64,000 nt of DNA from Gammaproteobacteria bacterium (GTDB lineage: Bacteria > Pseudomonadota > Gammaproteobacteria > JABABF01). Location of the stretch: positions 896,001 through 960,000 of the forward strand of contig OZ250153.1 of the NCBI GenBank assembly GCA_965237805.1, given 5' to 3'. Under the pieces are notes generated by a model. The model saw only the letters and a list, made by a program, of their open reading frames with translations, did not search any database and had not been told where the DNA came from. Both the position numbers and the translations under genes were made by a program. Of the stretch, positions 9,735 through 22,088 are shown one piece after another; within the stretch, counting starts at the first letter, position 1, and each line of letters starts with the position of its first letter.

Positions 9735-11284
9735 TGGCTAAAGACAAAAATCGCAAAACCATACCGGCTATTCGCATTGAACAATGGATGCAGGAGTGGG
9801 AGGAAATACCTGACTCACAGGAGATGGAGAGGCATTTCTATGCTTTCAGCATGAATGTTTTAGATCTGAAGCGATTAAGCGCTGTACATCAACGTAGCAC
9901 TCAAGGGAGAGAGAGTGCTAGTCAGGATGACAATATACAACGAAGGCTAGATATAGGGAGATCTAAAAAGATTGCTCAGTATGTGCGCTATGGGTACCCG
10001 ATGGACACTGTCACAAAAACCGCACAGGAAAAGGAAGATATAAGCCTGCGTAATCCCGGATGGTTGCCTGCCATTATAGTAAATATCGTCAAGAGTGAAG
10101 ATACAAGAATATTGAGAAAGGATGCAGTAAAAATCGAAGATAATGGGAATTCAAGATTTGAGATCAAACTACCAAACGGATTTAACAAGAATTGGGAGCC
10201 TACAGCACTACACCCAATCGAAGTCATTGATGGGCAACACAGGCTTGCTGCATTCGAAGAAACCACTGAGGAGGGCAAATATGAAAAATATGAGTTGCCA
10301 GTTATCGCATTCCACGGCCTTAGCCGCGCAAAGCAAGCCTATCTGTTTTACACAATTAACATACGCCCCAAAAAAATAAATACAAGTTTGGCTTATGATT
10401 TATACCCATTGTTGAGGCAAGCAACATGGCTGGAAAGCGGCCCAGATGCCCACAAGGTGCAGGCATACAGGGAGATCAGGGCACGCGAGATTATCGACCT
10501 GCTGTGGGGGCACCCCAAGAGCCCGTGGCAGCATCGTATAAATATGCTTGGAGAATCCTTGGGGCAGGAGGCTGGAACCCAAGTATCACAAGCAGCTTGG
10601 GTGCGGTCACTATATAGTACTTTCATGAAAAAATCCACAAGTAAAATTGGTGGTTTATACTATGCTAAAAACCTTAATTCCGACAACGAAAACAACGATC
10701 CATGGGCTTGGCCTATTAGTCAGCAAGTAGCTCTTTTGATAACAATGGGGAATATGCTACGGCACCATCTGAATAATAGTGAGTCCTTCAATAGCAAATT
10801 TTGTCTTCTAAACCAAGATGTTGGCATGCGAGGTTTGTTAAATTTATGGAATGACATGCTTTTTACTTGGGCAAGTGAATCTTCCAACAATGCCAAACAA
10901 TTGCACGACGCTTTCAAGTTGCCACCCCCAACAGGACAGCAAGAGGAGCCCTCAGAGGCACACAATGAATTGCACAAAAAAATAGATATGTGTCTTCAAA
11001 AAAGCATGGTCAGGGATCCGACAGATGAAAATTCAGCACTAGATTTCATGGACAACTTGTCTAAACATCTTTCCAGTTATAATTGGAACACTTTCAAGCA
11101 TGAAGCAGTGCAGCAATTACCTGCAGATTCTATCACCCGGATCCAAAAACAAGCCTTGCGAGGATCCGCCGGATACAAAATCATACGAGAAGGGCTGATC
11201 AAGCATATACAGGATCAGGGCAGCAATACGGAAATTTCAAATATAGCAAGCATTATATCGGAAAAACATGGAATCCAACCCTAA
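9734..11284 (+). CDS. DGQHR domain (DndB-like, ParB/Srx-related) protein
   Basis: IQR...EVIDGQHRL...QAYLFYTIN...KKINTSLAYDL canonical DGQHR-family motifs. True start is MAKDKN, with ATG overlapping the dmpG TGA. AT-rich. Confidence 0.88.
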   Translation: MAKDKNRKTIPAIRIEQWMQEWEEIPDSQEMERHFYAFSMNVLDLKRLSAVHQRSTQGRESASQDDNIQRRLDIGRSKKIAQYVRYGYPMDTVTKTAQEKEDISLRNPGWLPAIIVNIVKSEDTRILRKDAVKIEDNGNSRFEIKLPNGFNKNWEPTALHPIEVIDGQHRLAAFEETTEEGKYEKYELPVIAFHGLSRAKQAYLFYTINIRPKKINTSLAYDLYPLLRQATWLESGPDAHKVQAYREIRAREIIDLLWGHPKSPWQHRINMLGESLGQEAGTQVSQAAWVRSLYSTFMKKSTSKIGGLYYAKNLNSDNENNDPWAWPISQQVALLITMGNMLRHHLNNSESFNSKFCLLNQDVGMRGLLNLWNDMLFTWASESSNNAKQLHDAFKLPPPTGQQEEPSEAHNELHKKIDMCLQKSMVRDPTDENSALDFMDNLSKHLSSYNWNTFKHEAVQQLPADSITRIQKQALRGSAGYKIIREGLIKHIQDQGSNTEISNIASIISEKHGIQP

Positions 11285-11292
11285 AATCTATT

Positions 11293-12570
11293 ATGAGTTC
11301 CCAGGGGCAGCGCAGAAACACGGAAGAAATGATGGGAGTATTTGACCGTGCATCCACTGCCAGTGTCGCAGGGGCTGCCGCGGAAATTCAGATTGAAGAT
11401 TTCAATTTTTCCACCCTAAACCCAAGTAATAGTTCACCTAAAAATACACATTTTTTGGCTAGCGCGATAGCGCATGGGCTAGATGGGTGGGAATATTTGG
11501 GTATGGCACTTATGAGCCACCTCCATGGCAGGCATATAATAGCCTTCCATCTGGCTTATTACGCACAGTTGAGAGCAGCTAAATCCCTATTATGCTGCAA
11601 CGGAATCTATCTAGAAGGCAGCATTGCATATGTTCTGAAAGAAAGCCAGTATAAGGGTGAGAGAGAACAATTGTCAGGGGCAAAAGGGCCGCATGAAATA
11701 ATATGGGAAATGCACAATAAAATGCCTGCAGAAAGTTGGATTGACAATGTATTCGGCTTCAATATACTGGAATTTATTAAGGACGTAACAGATGGCATGG
11801 TCGGCGATGAAGCAGTTTCCAAAGTTATTCAAAAACTAAAACAGCAACTCGGCAGAGAATCTGCATTCAGCGATAAAACAAAGTTCTACAGAAATCATGT
11901 GAGTTATCAAGCTCAATCTATTATTAAGGGTGAAAATACGGCAGAATCAATCGACGATAAATATGAATTTGCAAAGACATTTTGGGCCACAATGTCTCCA
12001 GACATAGCAATAAAATTAATCTTGATTTCTGAAATTTTACGAAGCCTAAAAAGATATGTGTCCAGATCACATTTAGCACGCTATAAGCTGAAAATTGAAT
12101 CCGCACTGCAAGATCATGGAATTGATCAGGGAGGGATAGAATGGATAACAAGAGGACCAGATAGTGAAGATGGTAAAAGTATTCAATTTTGGGCTCTGCA
12201 AGAGGATATATTAATGGGAGAGGATTTTTCCAAAGTGGCACCGCATTATGTGCAATGCGCTATAAGCAGAGGCGCCTTATTGCTCCAGATCGCATCGGAT
12301 GCCTGCAAGGACAGGATCGGAGACTCTCAGAATGCTAAATCAGTAGTACACGAAGTGGCAGAATTGTTTGGTGAGAAAAGGGCTCTGTGGGAAGACTCAG
12401 GAGAGATCGAAAGGTATGCTGATTTATACATTCCTATAACAAGTTATTTCGATGATGGGGATGGGGGAGATGATGCGAGAAAATGGACGTCTATACAAAA
12501 AATAGCGGCACTGGGATGTGAAAGAATTGCGCTCTGGCTACTCATGCCAGATGATGGGCCTGAATCGTGA
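11293..12570 (+). CDS. Hypothetical protein with HEPN-like motifs
   Basis: 425 aa, AT-rich, operonic. AYYAQLRAAKSLL...GPHE...YRNHVSY resembles the YYA...ALL...H...R-x4-Y pattern of UPF0332-type HEPN domains. The ORF is solid; the fold call is inference. Confidence 0.6.
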   Translation: MSSQGQRRNTEEMMGVFDRASTASVAGAAAEIQIEDFNFSTLNPSNSSPKNTHFLASAIAHGLDGWEYLGMALMSHLHGRHIIAFHLAYYAQLRAAKSLLCCNGIYLEGSIAYVLKESQYKGEREQLSGAKGPHEIIWEMHNKMPAESWIDNVFGFNILEFIKDVTDGMVGDEAVSKVIQKLKQQLGRESAFSDKTKFYRNHVSYQAQSIIKGENTAESIDDKYEFAKTFWATMSPDIAIKLILISEILRSLKRYVSRSHLARYKLKIESALQDHGIDQGGIEWITRGPDSEDGKSIQFWALQEDILMGEDFSKVAPHYVQCAISRGALLLQIASDACKDRIGDSQNAKSVVHEVAELFGEKRALWEDSGEIERYADLYIPITSYFDDGDGGDDARKWTSIQKIAALGCERIALWLLMPDDGPES

Positions 12571-13697
12571 CTATAAAATATATGGGCTCAAAACAAAATA
12601 TGCTTGCAAATGGTCTTGGAAAATTATTAAAGAAAGAATGCGAAGGGAGAAAAAGATTCGTTGACCTATTTTGTGGATCTGGATCTGTATCCCATTACAT
12701 GGCAGAGCACAGTTCTCTGCCTGTTGTAGCGGTTGATCTACAGAAGTATTCCACTATGCTTTCTAATGCCATAATAAATCGAACCGACACTGTCGAGCCA
12801 AGTATATTTGACCAATGGCTGAGTCGTATTAATTCCAAAAGGATCAAGCGAAAATTCCGGAACATGGAATATAAGGAAAATCACTGTTTCAAGGAGTACG
12901 CAGAACAAGCACGAATGTCTTGTGCGCAATCACGCGGCTATATAACCAAAGCATATGGGGGTCATTATTTTAGCCCACAACAAGCATTGACTTTAGATGT
13001 GGCATTGGAAACCGCTCCTCAACGTCAGCCCGATTACACGATGGGTATCGCAGCTCTCATTGTGGCTGCAAGTAAGTGTGCTGCCGCCCCTGGCCATACG
13101 GCACAGCCATTGAATCCATATAAAAAAGCATCTAAATTTGTTCGGCGAGCATGGGAGAATGATATTCTTATTATTTTAAAAAATACTCTAATAAATTTCT
13201 CCCAAAGAAAAGCACAAAAAAGAGGGGGTGCTTTGGTGTCAAATGCAAATGATTTTGCCAAGGAAGTAAGGCGTGGCGACCTAGTGTTTATTGATCCTCC
13301 ATATTCCGAAGTGCAATATAGCAGATTCTATCATGTGTTAGAAACAATTGCTCAAGGACGTTGCAGTAAAGTTTCTGGCGTTGGGCGCTATCCTCCTCAG
13401 CTAGAGAGGCCTAGATCAGAATATAGTCTCCGCTCGCAATCAAGTAAAGCTTTAGAATCTATATTAGATATTTTATCTTCCAAAGGTTGTAAAGTGGTGA
13501 TGACGTTTCCAAGAAAAGAGTGTAGCAATGGGTTATCAGGTGACCAGGTGATTTCCTTGTCTGAAAAATACTTTAGGAATGTAGCAACGACAACACCGGA
13601 TCATGCGGAATTAAGCACTTTAGGTGGTTTTAAGGATACAAAACGTGGAGCCCGCCAAGTATCAACAGAAATGATCCTGACCTTATCAACACATTGA
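12567..13697 (+). CDS. D12-class (alpha group) N6-adenine DNA methyltransferase
   Basis: IKYMGSK (motif X), FVDLFCGSGSVS (motif I), LVFIDPPY (motif IV), QYSRFYHVLETI; GTGA overlap with the upstream gene. Confidence 0.9.
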   Translation: MTIKYMGSKQNMLANGLGKLLKKECEGRKRFVDLFCGSGSVSHYMAEHSSLPVVAVDLQKYSTMLSNAIINRTDTVEPSIFDQWLSRINSKRIKRKFRNMEYKENHCFKEYAEQARMSCAQSRGYITKAYGGHYFSPQQALTLDVALETAPQRQPDYTMGIAALIVAASKCAAAPGHTAQPLNPYKKASKFVRRAWENDILIILKNTLINFSQRKAQKRGGALVSNANDFAKEVRRGDLVFIDPPYSEVQYSRFYHVLETIAQGRCSKVSGVGRYPPQLERPRSEYSLRSQSSKALESILDILSSKGCKVVMTFPRKECSNGLSGDQVISLSEKYFRNVATTTPDHAELSTLGGFKDTKRGARQVSTEMILTLSTH

Positions 13698-13724
13698 TGA
13701 CCGACCAGAACCACACGCCCCCCC

Positions 13725-14051
13725 ATGCCATACCTCTACCTCACCCTAGCCATCGTCACCGAAGTCATCGGCACCAGCGCGCTCAAGGCCTCAGAAGGCT
13801 TTACGCTGTGGCGGCCCAGTGCGCTGACGATGTTCAGTTACGCCCTGTCGTTGTATTTTTTTGCCCTGTCGTTGAAAACCATTCCGGTCGGCGTCGCCTA
13901 CGCCATCTGGGCTGGCGCTGGCATCGCTCTGATTACTCTCGTCGGGGCGGCAGTCTTCAAGCAGTACCCGGACGGCCCAGCTCTGTTCGGTATCGCCCTG
14001 ATCTGCGCTGGTGTGATCACCATCTATCTGTTCTCTAAAATGGCACACTAA
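13725..14051 (+). CDS. SMR family (EmrE/QacE-like) efflux transporter
   Basis: 108 aa, 4 TM, LAIVTEVIGTSALK (conserved Glu), IPVGVAYAIWAGAG. Confidence 0.92.
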   Translation: MPYLYLTLAIVTEVIGTSALKASEGFTLWRPSALTMFSYALSLYFFALSLKTIPVGVAYAIWAGAGIALITLVGAAVFKQYPDGPALFGIALICAGVITIYLFSKMAH

Positions 14052-14087
14052 ACATCGTAGCACCCGCTTGGGAGTAGACCTCACGCT

Positions 14088-15155
14088 ATGCCCCACCACC
14101 GCATTCTCATCGTCGGGGCCGGGCCGACCGGTCTGACCGCCGCGCTGGAACTGGCCCGCCGCGGTATCGTGCCCGAGGTGGTGGAGAAACGCGCCACGCC
14201 CTCCGGTCTCTCCCGCGCTGTCGGTATCCTGCCCCGCACCATGCGCCTGCTACAGCCCTCGGGCGTGAGTGAAGCCATCCGCAATGAGGCCGTCGCCATA
14301 GGCGGCGTGCGCCTCCACCTAGACGATGCCCTCATTGCCCGCATCGCACTGAACCTGGAGAGCGACCCCAACAACCGCCTCTTCGCGCTGGCGCAAGACC
14401 GCACCGAGACGCACCTGTGCGAGGCCTTCACCCGCCATGGCGGCTCCGTGCGCTATGGCGCGACACTGGAGGCCATCACGCAAACGGAGGATAAAGTCCA
14501 AGTCACCGTCGATGGCAGCCCCGACGACTATGACTATGTGATCGGTGCCGACGGCGCGGGGAGCGTGGTGCGACAGGCGCTGGGCATCGCCTTCGACGGC
14601 ATCGATCTGCCAGAAAAATGGGCAATCGCCGATGTCGACTGCCCCGATTGGCCCTCCCCAGAGTGTTTTTGCCTCTACCTGTGCAGCGCTGGACGCGTCG
14701 TCGTCGTCGTGCCGCTGGAGGCCACACGCTTTCGCGTCATCTCCAATACTGAAGATGCCTTGGCCACCCTGCCCGTGCCGATGCCGGTCAGCCACATCCG
14801 CCGACAGGCCAGCTTCCACATCGCTGTACGGCAGGCGACGCACTACCGACAGGGCCGCGTTTTTCTCGCTGGCGATGCCGCCCACTGCCACTCGCCGGTC
14901 GGTGGGCGCGGCATGAATCTGGGCATCGCCGATGCCGCCGAGCTGGCTCGGTGCATAGTCGAGGATGATCTGGACGGCTATCAGGCGGCGCGCCATCCAC
15001 ATGGCACGCAAACCATCGCGATGAGCGAGCGCGCCAGAAAAACTGCCACCGCTTCCTCGGCGTGGCGGCGTGGGCTGTTGACCGTGCCGATACGGCTGGC
15101 GAGCGCCCTGCCACCCCTGCAACGGCGCTTGGGCAGAGTGCTGTTAGATCTCTGA
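14088..15155 (+). CDS. FAD-dependent monooxygenase (aromatic hydroxylase/UbiH-like)
   Basis: IVGAGPTGL, IGADGAGS, FLAGDAAHCHSPVGGRGMNLGIADA. Confidence 0.9.
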   Translation: MPHHRILIVGAGPTGLTAALELARRGIVPEVVEKRATPSGLSRAVGILPRTMRLLQPSGVSEAIRNEAVAIGGVRLHLDDALIARIALNLESDPNNRLFALAQDRTETHLCEAFTRHGGSVRYGATLEAITQTEDKVQVTVDGSPDDYDYVIGADGAGSVVRQALGIAFDGIDLPEKWAIADVDCPDWPSPECFCLYLCSAGRVVVVVPLEATRFRVISNTEDALATLPVPMPVSHIRRQASFHIAVRQATHYRQGRVFLAGDAAHCHSPVGGRGMNLGIADAAELARCIVEDDLDGYQAARHPHGTQTIAMSERARKTATASSAWRRGLLTVPIRLASALPPLQRRLGRVLLDL

Positions 15156-15250
15156 GGGCATCGCCCACGCTCGCGGTCACCAGCTTCGCAACTGGAAAAT
15201 CTCCTCCGCCGACGGTCGCACAGCAACTGCAAAGTCTGCCATAATAGCCC

Positions 15251-15456
15251 TCGTCCAATCCATCGGATGGGAGAGCGCAGGGGCGGTGACACCGCCAAAC
15301 TGCCGCCGAAGGAGCAACCGCCCCGGAAACTCTCAGGCTCCCGTACCATTCGACGGGGACACTCTGGAAAGTGGCTCCACAAGAGCCCACCGAAGGGGCA
15401 AACCCAGCGCCAAACCGCACTGGGTGAATCTCTCAGGTTCAGCAACAGAGGGGCTG
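15251..15456 (+). ncRNA. Tandem glycine riboswitch
   Basis: Aptamer 1 GGAGAG...CGCCGAAGGAGCAA...GGAAACTCTCAGG; aptamer 2 CTCTGGAAAG...CACCGAAGGGGCAA...GAATCTCTCAGG...CAGAG; lies directly upstream of gcvT. Confidence 0.93.
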
Positions 15457-15512
15457 CCAGCGTCGCACAACCAGCGTGCGACACCGGAGCCCGCCGCTGA
15501 CCGGAGACCTCA

Positions 15513-16697
15513 ATGAGCGCTGCCCCCGCCCGCGGCATCCCACTCCCAGTGGCACCAGCCACCCCCAGCGCAGCCCTCCCCGCCCGACCGTCGGTTCCCG
15601 CATTGCGCCCGACGCCACTGGCCGAGCTACACCGCGCACTCGATGCCCGCATGACGGCTTTCGCTGGCTGGTCGCTACCGTTGCACTACCCGGCTGGCAT
15701 CCGCGCCGAACACTTGCACTGCCGCGATGCCGCCGCACTGTTCGATGTCTCACATATGGGACAGATCACCGTGCGGGGCGCAACGGCGCGCACGGCACTC
15801 GAAGCGCTGCTGCCCACCGATCTGTCCACCCTCGCCCGAGGGTGCTGCCGCTATTCTCTGCTGCTGGACGAGTACGGCGGCATCCTCGACGACTTGATCA
15901 TCAACTCCCACAGCGGGGGCTATACCCTCGTCGTCAACGCCTCCCGCAGCGCCGCTGACTTGGCCCATATCCGTGCGGCCCTGCCCACCGGAGCCGCAGC
16001 CGAGCTACTCGAAGGGAGCGCTCTGCTGGCGCTACAAGGCCCGGCCGCTGGCCCCGTGCTGGCCGCCATATTGCCCGGCACCACGGCACTGTATTTCATG
16101 GAATCCGCCGAGCTGCCATTCGACGGAGCCAAGCTGCAAGTCTGCCGCACTGGCTACACCGGCGAGGACGGCTTCGAGATCTCTGTCCCACCAACAGTGG
16201 CGACGGCACTGGCTCAGCGACTGTTGGCCGACCCGCGAGTGCGGCCCGCTGGCCTCGGCGCACGCGACTCGTTGCGACTCGAGGCCGGATTGCCGTTACA
16301 CGGCCAAGACATCGGCACGGACACCAACCCGATCGAGGCGGGTCTGGGCTTTGCCATCAGCCCGACCCGGCAGCGGCACGGCGGCTTTCCGGGGGCGGCT
16401 TGCATCGCCACCGAGCTGGACACGCCGCCCGCCCGCTGCCGGGTCGGGCTACGCCCAGAAGGCCGCCAGCCGGTGCGCGCTGGGGCGCTACTGCTGCGCG
16501 ACGGCCACCCGGTCGGGCAGATCAGTAGCGGCGGTTTCTCCCCCAGCATCGCTGCCCCCATCGCCATGGGCTACGTGGAGGCCGACTCGGCTGTCCCCGG
16601 ACAAGCCTTGATCGCCGTGGCGCGTGGGCGCGAACACCCACTGCGCGTCACCGCCCTGCCCTTCACCCCATCCCGACAGCGGCACCGACCGCGCTGA
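15513..16697 (+). CDS. gcvT: Glycine cleavage system aminomethyltransferase T
   Basis: LFDVSHMGQ, GGILDDL, RTGYTGEDGFEIS, GLGARDSLRLEAGLPLHG. Confidence 0.95.
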   Translation: MSAAPARGIPLPVAPATPSAALPARPSVPALRPTPLAELHRALDARMTAFAGWSLPLHYPAGIRAEHLHCRDAAALFDVSHMGQITVRGATARTALEALLPTDLSTLARGCCRYSLLLDEYGGILDDLIINSHSGGYTLVVNASRSAADLAHIRAALPTGAAAELLEGSALLALQGPAAGPVLAAILPGTTALYFMESAELPFDGAKLQVCRTGYTGEDGFEISVPPTVATALAQRLLADPRVRPAGLGARDSLRLEAGLPLHGQDIGTDTNPIEAGLGFAISPTRQRHGGFPGAACIATELDTPPARCRVGLRPEGRQPVRAGALLLRDGHPVGQISSGGFSPSIAAPIAMGYVEADSAVPGQALIAVARGREHPLRVTALPFTPSRQRHRPR

Positions 16698-16724
16698 CAC
16701 CCCCACCGCCACCAGAGCCTACCC

Positions 16725-17075
16725 ATGAAGAAATACCGCGACACACACGAATGGTTCGACGAGGCCGACAACTGCGTCGGCATCAGCGAGCACGCCGTTC
16801 GGGAACTGGGCGACATCATTTTTCTGGAGTTGCCATCGGTGGGGGTGGCAGTCGCTAGCGGCGAAGCGGTGGCCGTGATCGAATCCGTCAAGGCGGCCAG
16901 CGACATCACCGCCCCGCTCAGCGGCAAAATCACCGCCGTCAACGAAGCGCTAGCCGAGGCCCCAGAGGCACTGGCCGACGCGCCCGGCACATGGTTGTTC
17001 AAGCTCGAGCCCAGTGCGCCTGAAGAACTGGCACAGCTGATGGATGAGGCGGGCTACACCGCCTCTCTGACCTGA
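16725..17075 (+). CDS. gcvH: Glycine cleavage system H protein
   Basis: HEW, LGDIIFLELP, IESVKAASDI (lipoyl-Lys). Confidence 0.95.
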   Translation: MKKYRDTHEWFDEADNCVGISEHAVRELGDIIFLELPSVGVAVASGEAVAVIESVKAASDITAPLSGKITAVNEALAEAPEALADAPGTWLFKLEPSAPEELAQLMDEAGYTASLT

Positions 17076-17109
17076 AGACCGACAACACTGAGCCCGACGG
17101 AGCAAAGCG

Positions 17110-17340
17110 ATGAAGCAAGGAAACAAGCAGGCTCAAGCAGTGCGCCACGCAGAAGAGGAGCACACCGCGCCCGCCCTGAGCGCACACTCAACCGCCCCCC
17201 ACGAGGACAAGGCCGCAGCGGCACCAGCCACGAAGACAGCGCATACCACATCGGCACGAGTGGGACTCGGCGACGCGCAACGGCCATCCTCCCTCTACAT
17301 AATCGGTCATGGCCGGCACTTGCAAACCAGCACCTCCTAG
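17110..17340 (+). CDS. Possible small hypothetical protein between gcvH and gcvP
   Basis: ATG preceded by GGAG; fills the intergenic gap; Ala/Thr/His-rich with no recognisable motif. Confidence 0.25.
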   Translation: MKQGNKQAQAVRHAEEEHTAPALSAHSTAPHEDKAAAAPATKTAHTTSARVGLGDAQRPSSLYIIGHGRHLQTSTS

Positions 17341-17364
17341 CTGTGGGTGTGCTCGGGGTCTCCC

Positions 17365-20262
<2,898 letters not shown>

Positions 20263-20430
20263 GGCCAATGACGACCAGCCCTTGCCAGAGGCTCCGGCAC
20301 CATATCCGAGCTCAATTCGCCATGAAGTGGACGCTATTTGATATTTGACTTTTCCCCACTCCTCTTTGCCCGACATCTTGTTGCTAAATGAGCGATGTAT
20401 TGAGAGCGCATTGTGATCCCCAAAACACCA

Positions 20431-20690
20431 ATGATTCCTGATCGGCCTAGTAGCGTGCCGGGTGGCTATGACCAGCTGCCAGCTCGTCTGAGCACGGTCG
20501 AGGCAACATTGCCGCATATGGCCTCGCACGCTGAAGTGTGGGAACAGACAAATGCCCTCTCAAAGGAAATGGGGCAACTTAATTAGGTCTATGGCGGAAG
20601 AGTGCGGTGCCGTGAGGTCTGAGATCGGCGCTTAGACTGCCAAACACCGCGACTTGCGCTCGACCATGCTGCCGTCCACAGCTGCCTAAG
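20431..20690 (+). pseudogene. Possible degraded coiled-coil (DUF1640/CCDC90-like) gene
   Basis: Hand translation: ...RLSTVEATLPHMASHAEV...* (TAG 20584-20586), then another frame MAEECGAVRSEIGA*...DLRSTML; resembles LPHLATKADx coiled-coil proteins. Confidence 0.3.
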
Positions 20691-20791
20691 CCCCCAACGC
20701 CAACACCATCTCATCCACACCCCCCAACGGCCAGCCAGCTTCTATAATGCCGGGGATCGCCATTGCCTCGACGACAGACGAGTACCCCGCT

Positions 20792-22039
20792 ATGAATTTG
20801 CCTACCGACATCAGCTTCGATGACCTGCGCGACCCCATGCTGAGCGACCACCAGCGGGGAGGCATACAATACGCCGCCGCCAACGAACCCGATCTGAGCC
20901 CACAGGCTATCCTCGACCAAGCCGCCGAGCAGACTGGTCTCGACGACTTCGGCCCATCCGATTTCCGCGAGCGCCTCGATGTGCTGAGCCAAGCCATCCT
21001 TGAGGATGAAACGCTGGGAGCGCTGGGACGCCTGAGCCTGCACAGCGATCTGGTGCGCTACGCCGCCAACCGGCTGCGCCTCTTCGATCTGCTCCGCCGC
21101 CACCCCGAGATCCACGAGGTCGAGCTGCCAGCGCCGATCATCGTCATCGGCCTGCCGCGCTCGGGTACCACCCATCTGGTTAATCTGATCGCCAGCGACC
21201 TGCGGCTGCGCTCGATGCCGTTCTGGGAGAGCCGCGAGCCGGTGCCGACCCCCGGCGAGCCGGAGAATGCACGCTTCGAGCGCTGCCGCGAGGCCCACGC
21301 CGCTGGCGATGCGGTGCTACCGCTGCTCAAGACCATGCACGATATGACGGCGGATCATGTGCACGAGGAGATCGAGCTGCAGGCCGTCGATTTCAGCACT
21401 TATATCCCGGAATGGCTCGCACATGTGCCGCGCTGGCGCGACTACTATCTGGCGCACGACCAGCGCCCCCACTACCGCTTCCTGAAGACGGCGCTGCAGG
21501 CGGTGCAGTGGCAGCGGCCCGGCCCGGCGCGCTGGGTGCTGAAATCGCCGCAGCACTTGGAGCAGATAGGCCCGCTGATCGAAATCTTCCCGGACGCCGT
21601 CGTCGTCATCACGCACCGCGACCCGATCTCGGTGATCGGCTCGGCGGCGACGATGCTGGCCTACGGCGACCGCCTGCGGCGCACCGAAGTTGATCCGCCG
21701 CGCATCGCGGCCTACTGGGCCGCGCGGGTGGAGCAATTGCTGCGCAGCTGCACCCGCGACCGCGAACTGCTGCCAGCCGAACGCAGTATCGATGTGCTGT
21801 TCCACGAATTCATGGCCGACGACATCGGCATGGTCAAGCGCATCTATGACGTGGCCGGGTTGGAGCTGGGTGCCGAAGACCGCCGCCATCTGACAAACTA
21901 CATGGACGAGAACCCACGCGGCAAACACGGCCGCATCGTCTATCAACTGGAGCGGGATCTGGAAATGGATATGGCAGAGCTCTCAGAGCGTTTCGCCTTC
22001 TATTACGAGCGCTTTGGCGTGCGCCGCGAGCACGTCTAG
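20792..22039 (+). CDS. Sulfotransferase family protein (Sulfotransfer_3 type)
   Basis: IGLPRSGTTHL (5'-PSB loop), WVLKSPQHL, THRDPISVIGS (3'-PB). Confidence 0.9.
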   Translation: MNLPTDISFDDLRDPMLSDHQRGGIQYAAANEPDLSPQAILDQAAEQTGLDDFGPSDFRERLDVLSQAILEDETLGALGRLSLHSDLVRYAANRLRLFDLLRRHPEIHEVELPAPIIVIGLPRSGTTHLVNLIASDLRLRSMPFWESREPVPTPGEPENARFERCREAHAAGDAVLPLLKTMHDMTADHVHEEIELQAVDFSTYIPEWLAHVPRWRDYYLAHDQRPHYRFLKTALQAVQWQRPGPARWVLKSPQHLEQIGPLIEIFPDAVVVITHRDPISVIGSAATMLAYGDRLRRTEVDPPRIAAYWAARVEQLLRSCTRDRELLPAERSIDVLFHEFMADDIGMVKRIYDVAGLELGAEDRRHLTNYMDENPRGKHGRIVYQLERDLEMDMAELSERFAFYYERFGVRREHV

Positions 22040-22088
22040 CAGCGCCGCCCACAGCCGACGCAGAGCCGCGACAGGATAAGCCGCCGCC

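Larger units (their letters stand above)
9734..13697 (+). other. AT-rich horizontally acquired three-gene cassette (candidate defence system)
   Basis: Abrupt composition change at both ends (hand counts: 23/60 GC in 12541-12600 versus 40/60 in 9001-9060); genes abut or overlap. Confidence 0.75.

Noticed and set aside
9734-13697. Calling the cassette a Dnd phosphorothioation or Dpd 7-deazaguanine system
   Set aside because: No cysteine desulfurase, PAPS-reductase-like DndC, DndD ATPase, DndE or TGT-like DpdA is present; the only modifier is an m6A MTase.
17280-17340. LYIIGHG as a possible L-serine dehydratase remnant
   Set aside because: The diagnostic GPSSSHT motif does not follow; the match is too short to support.
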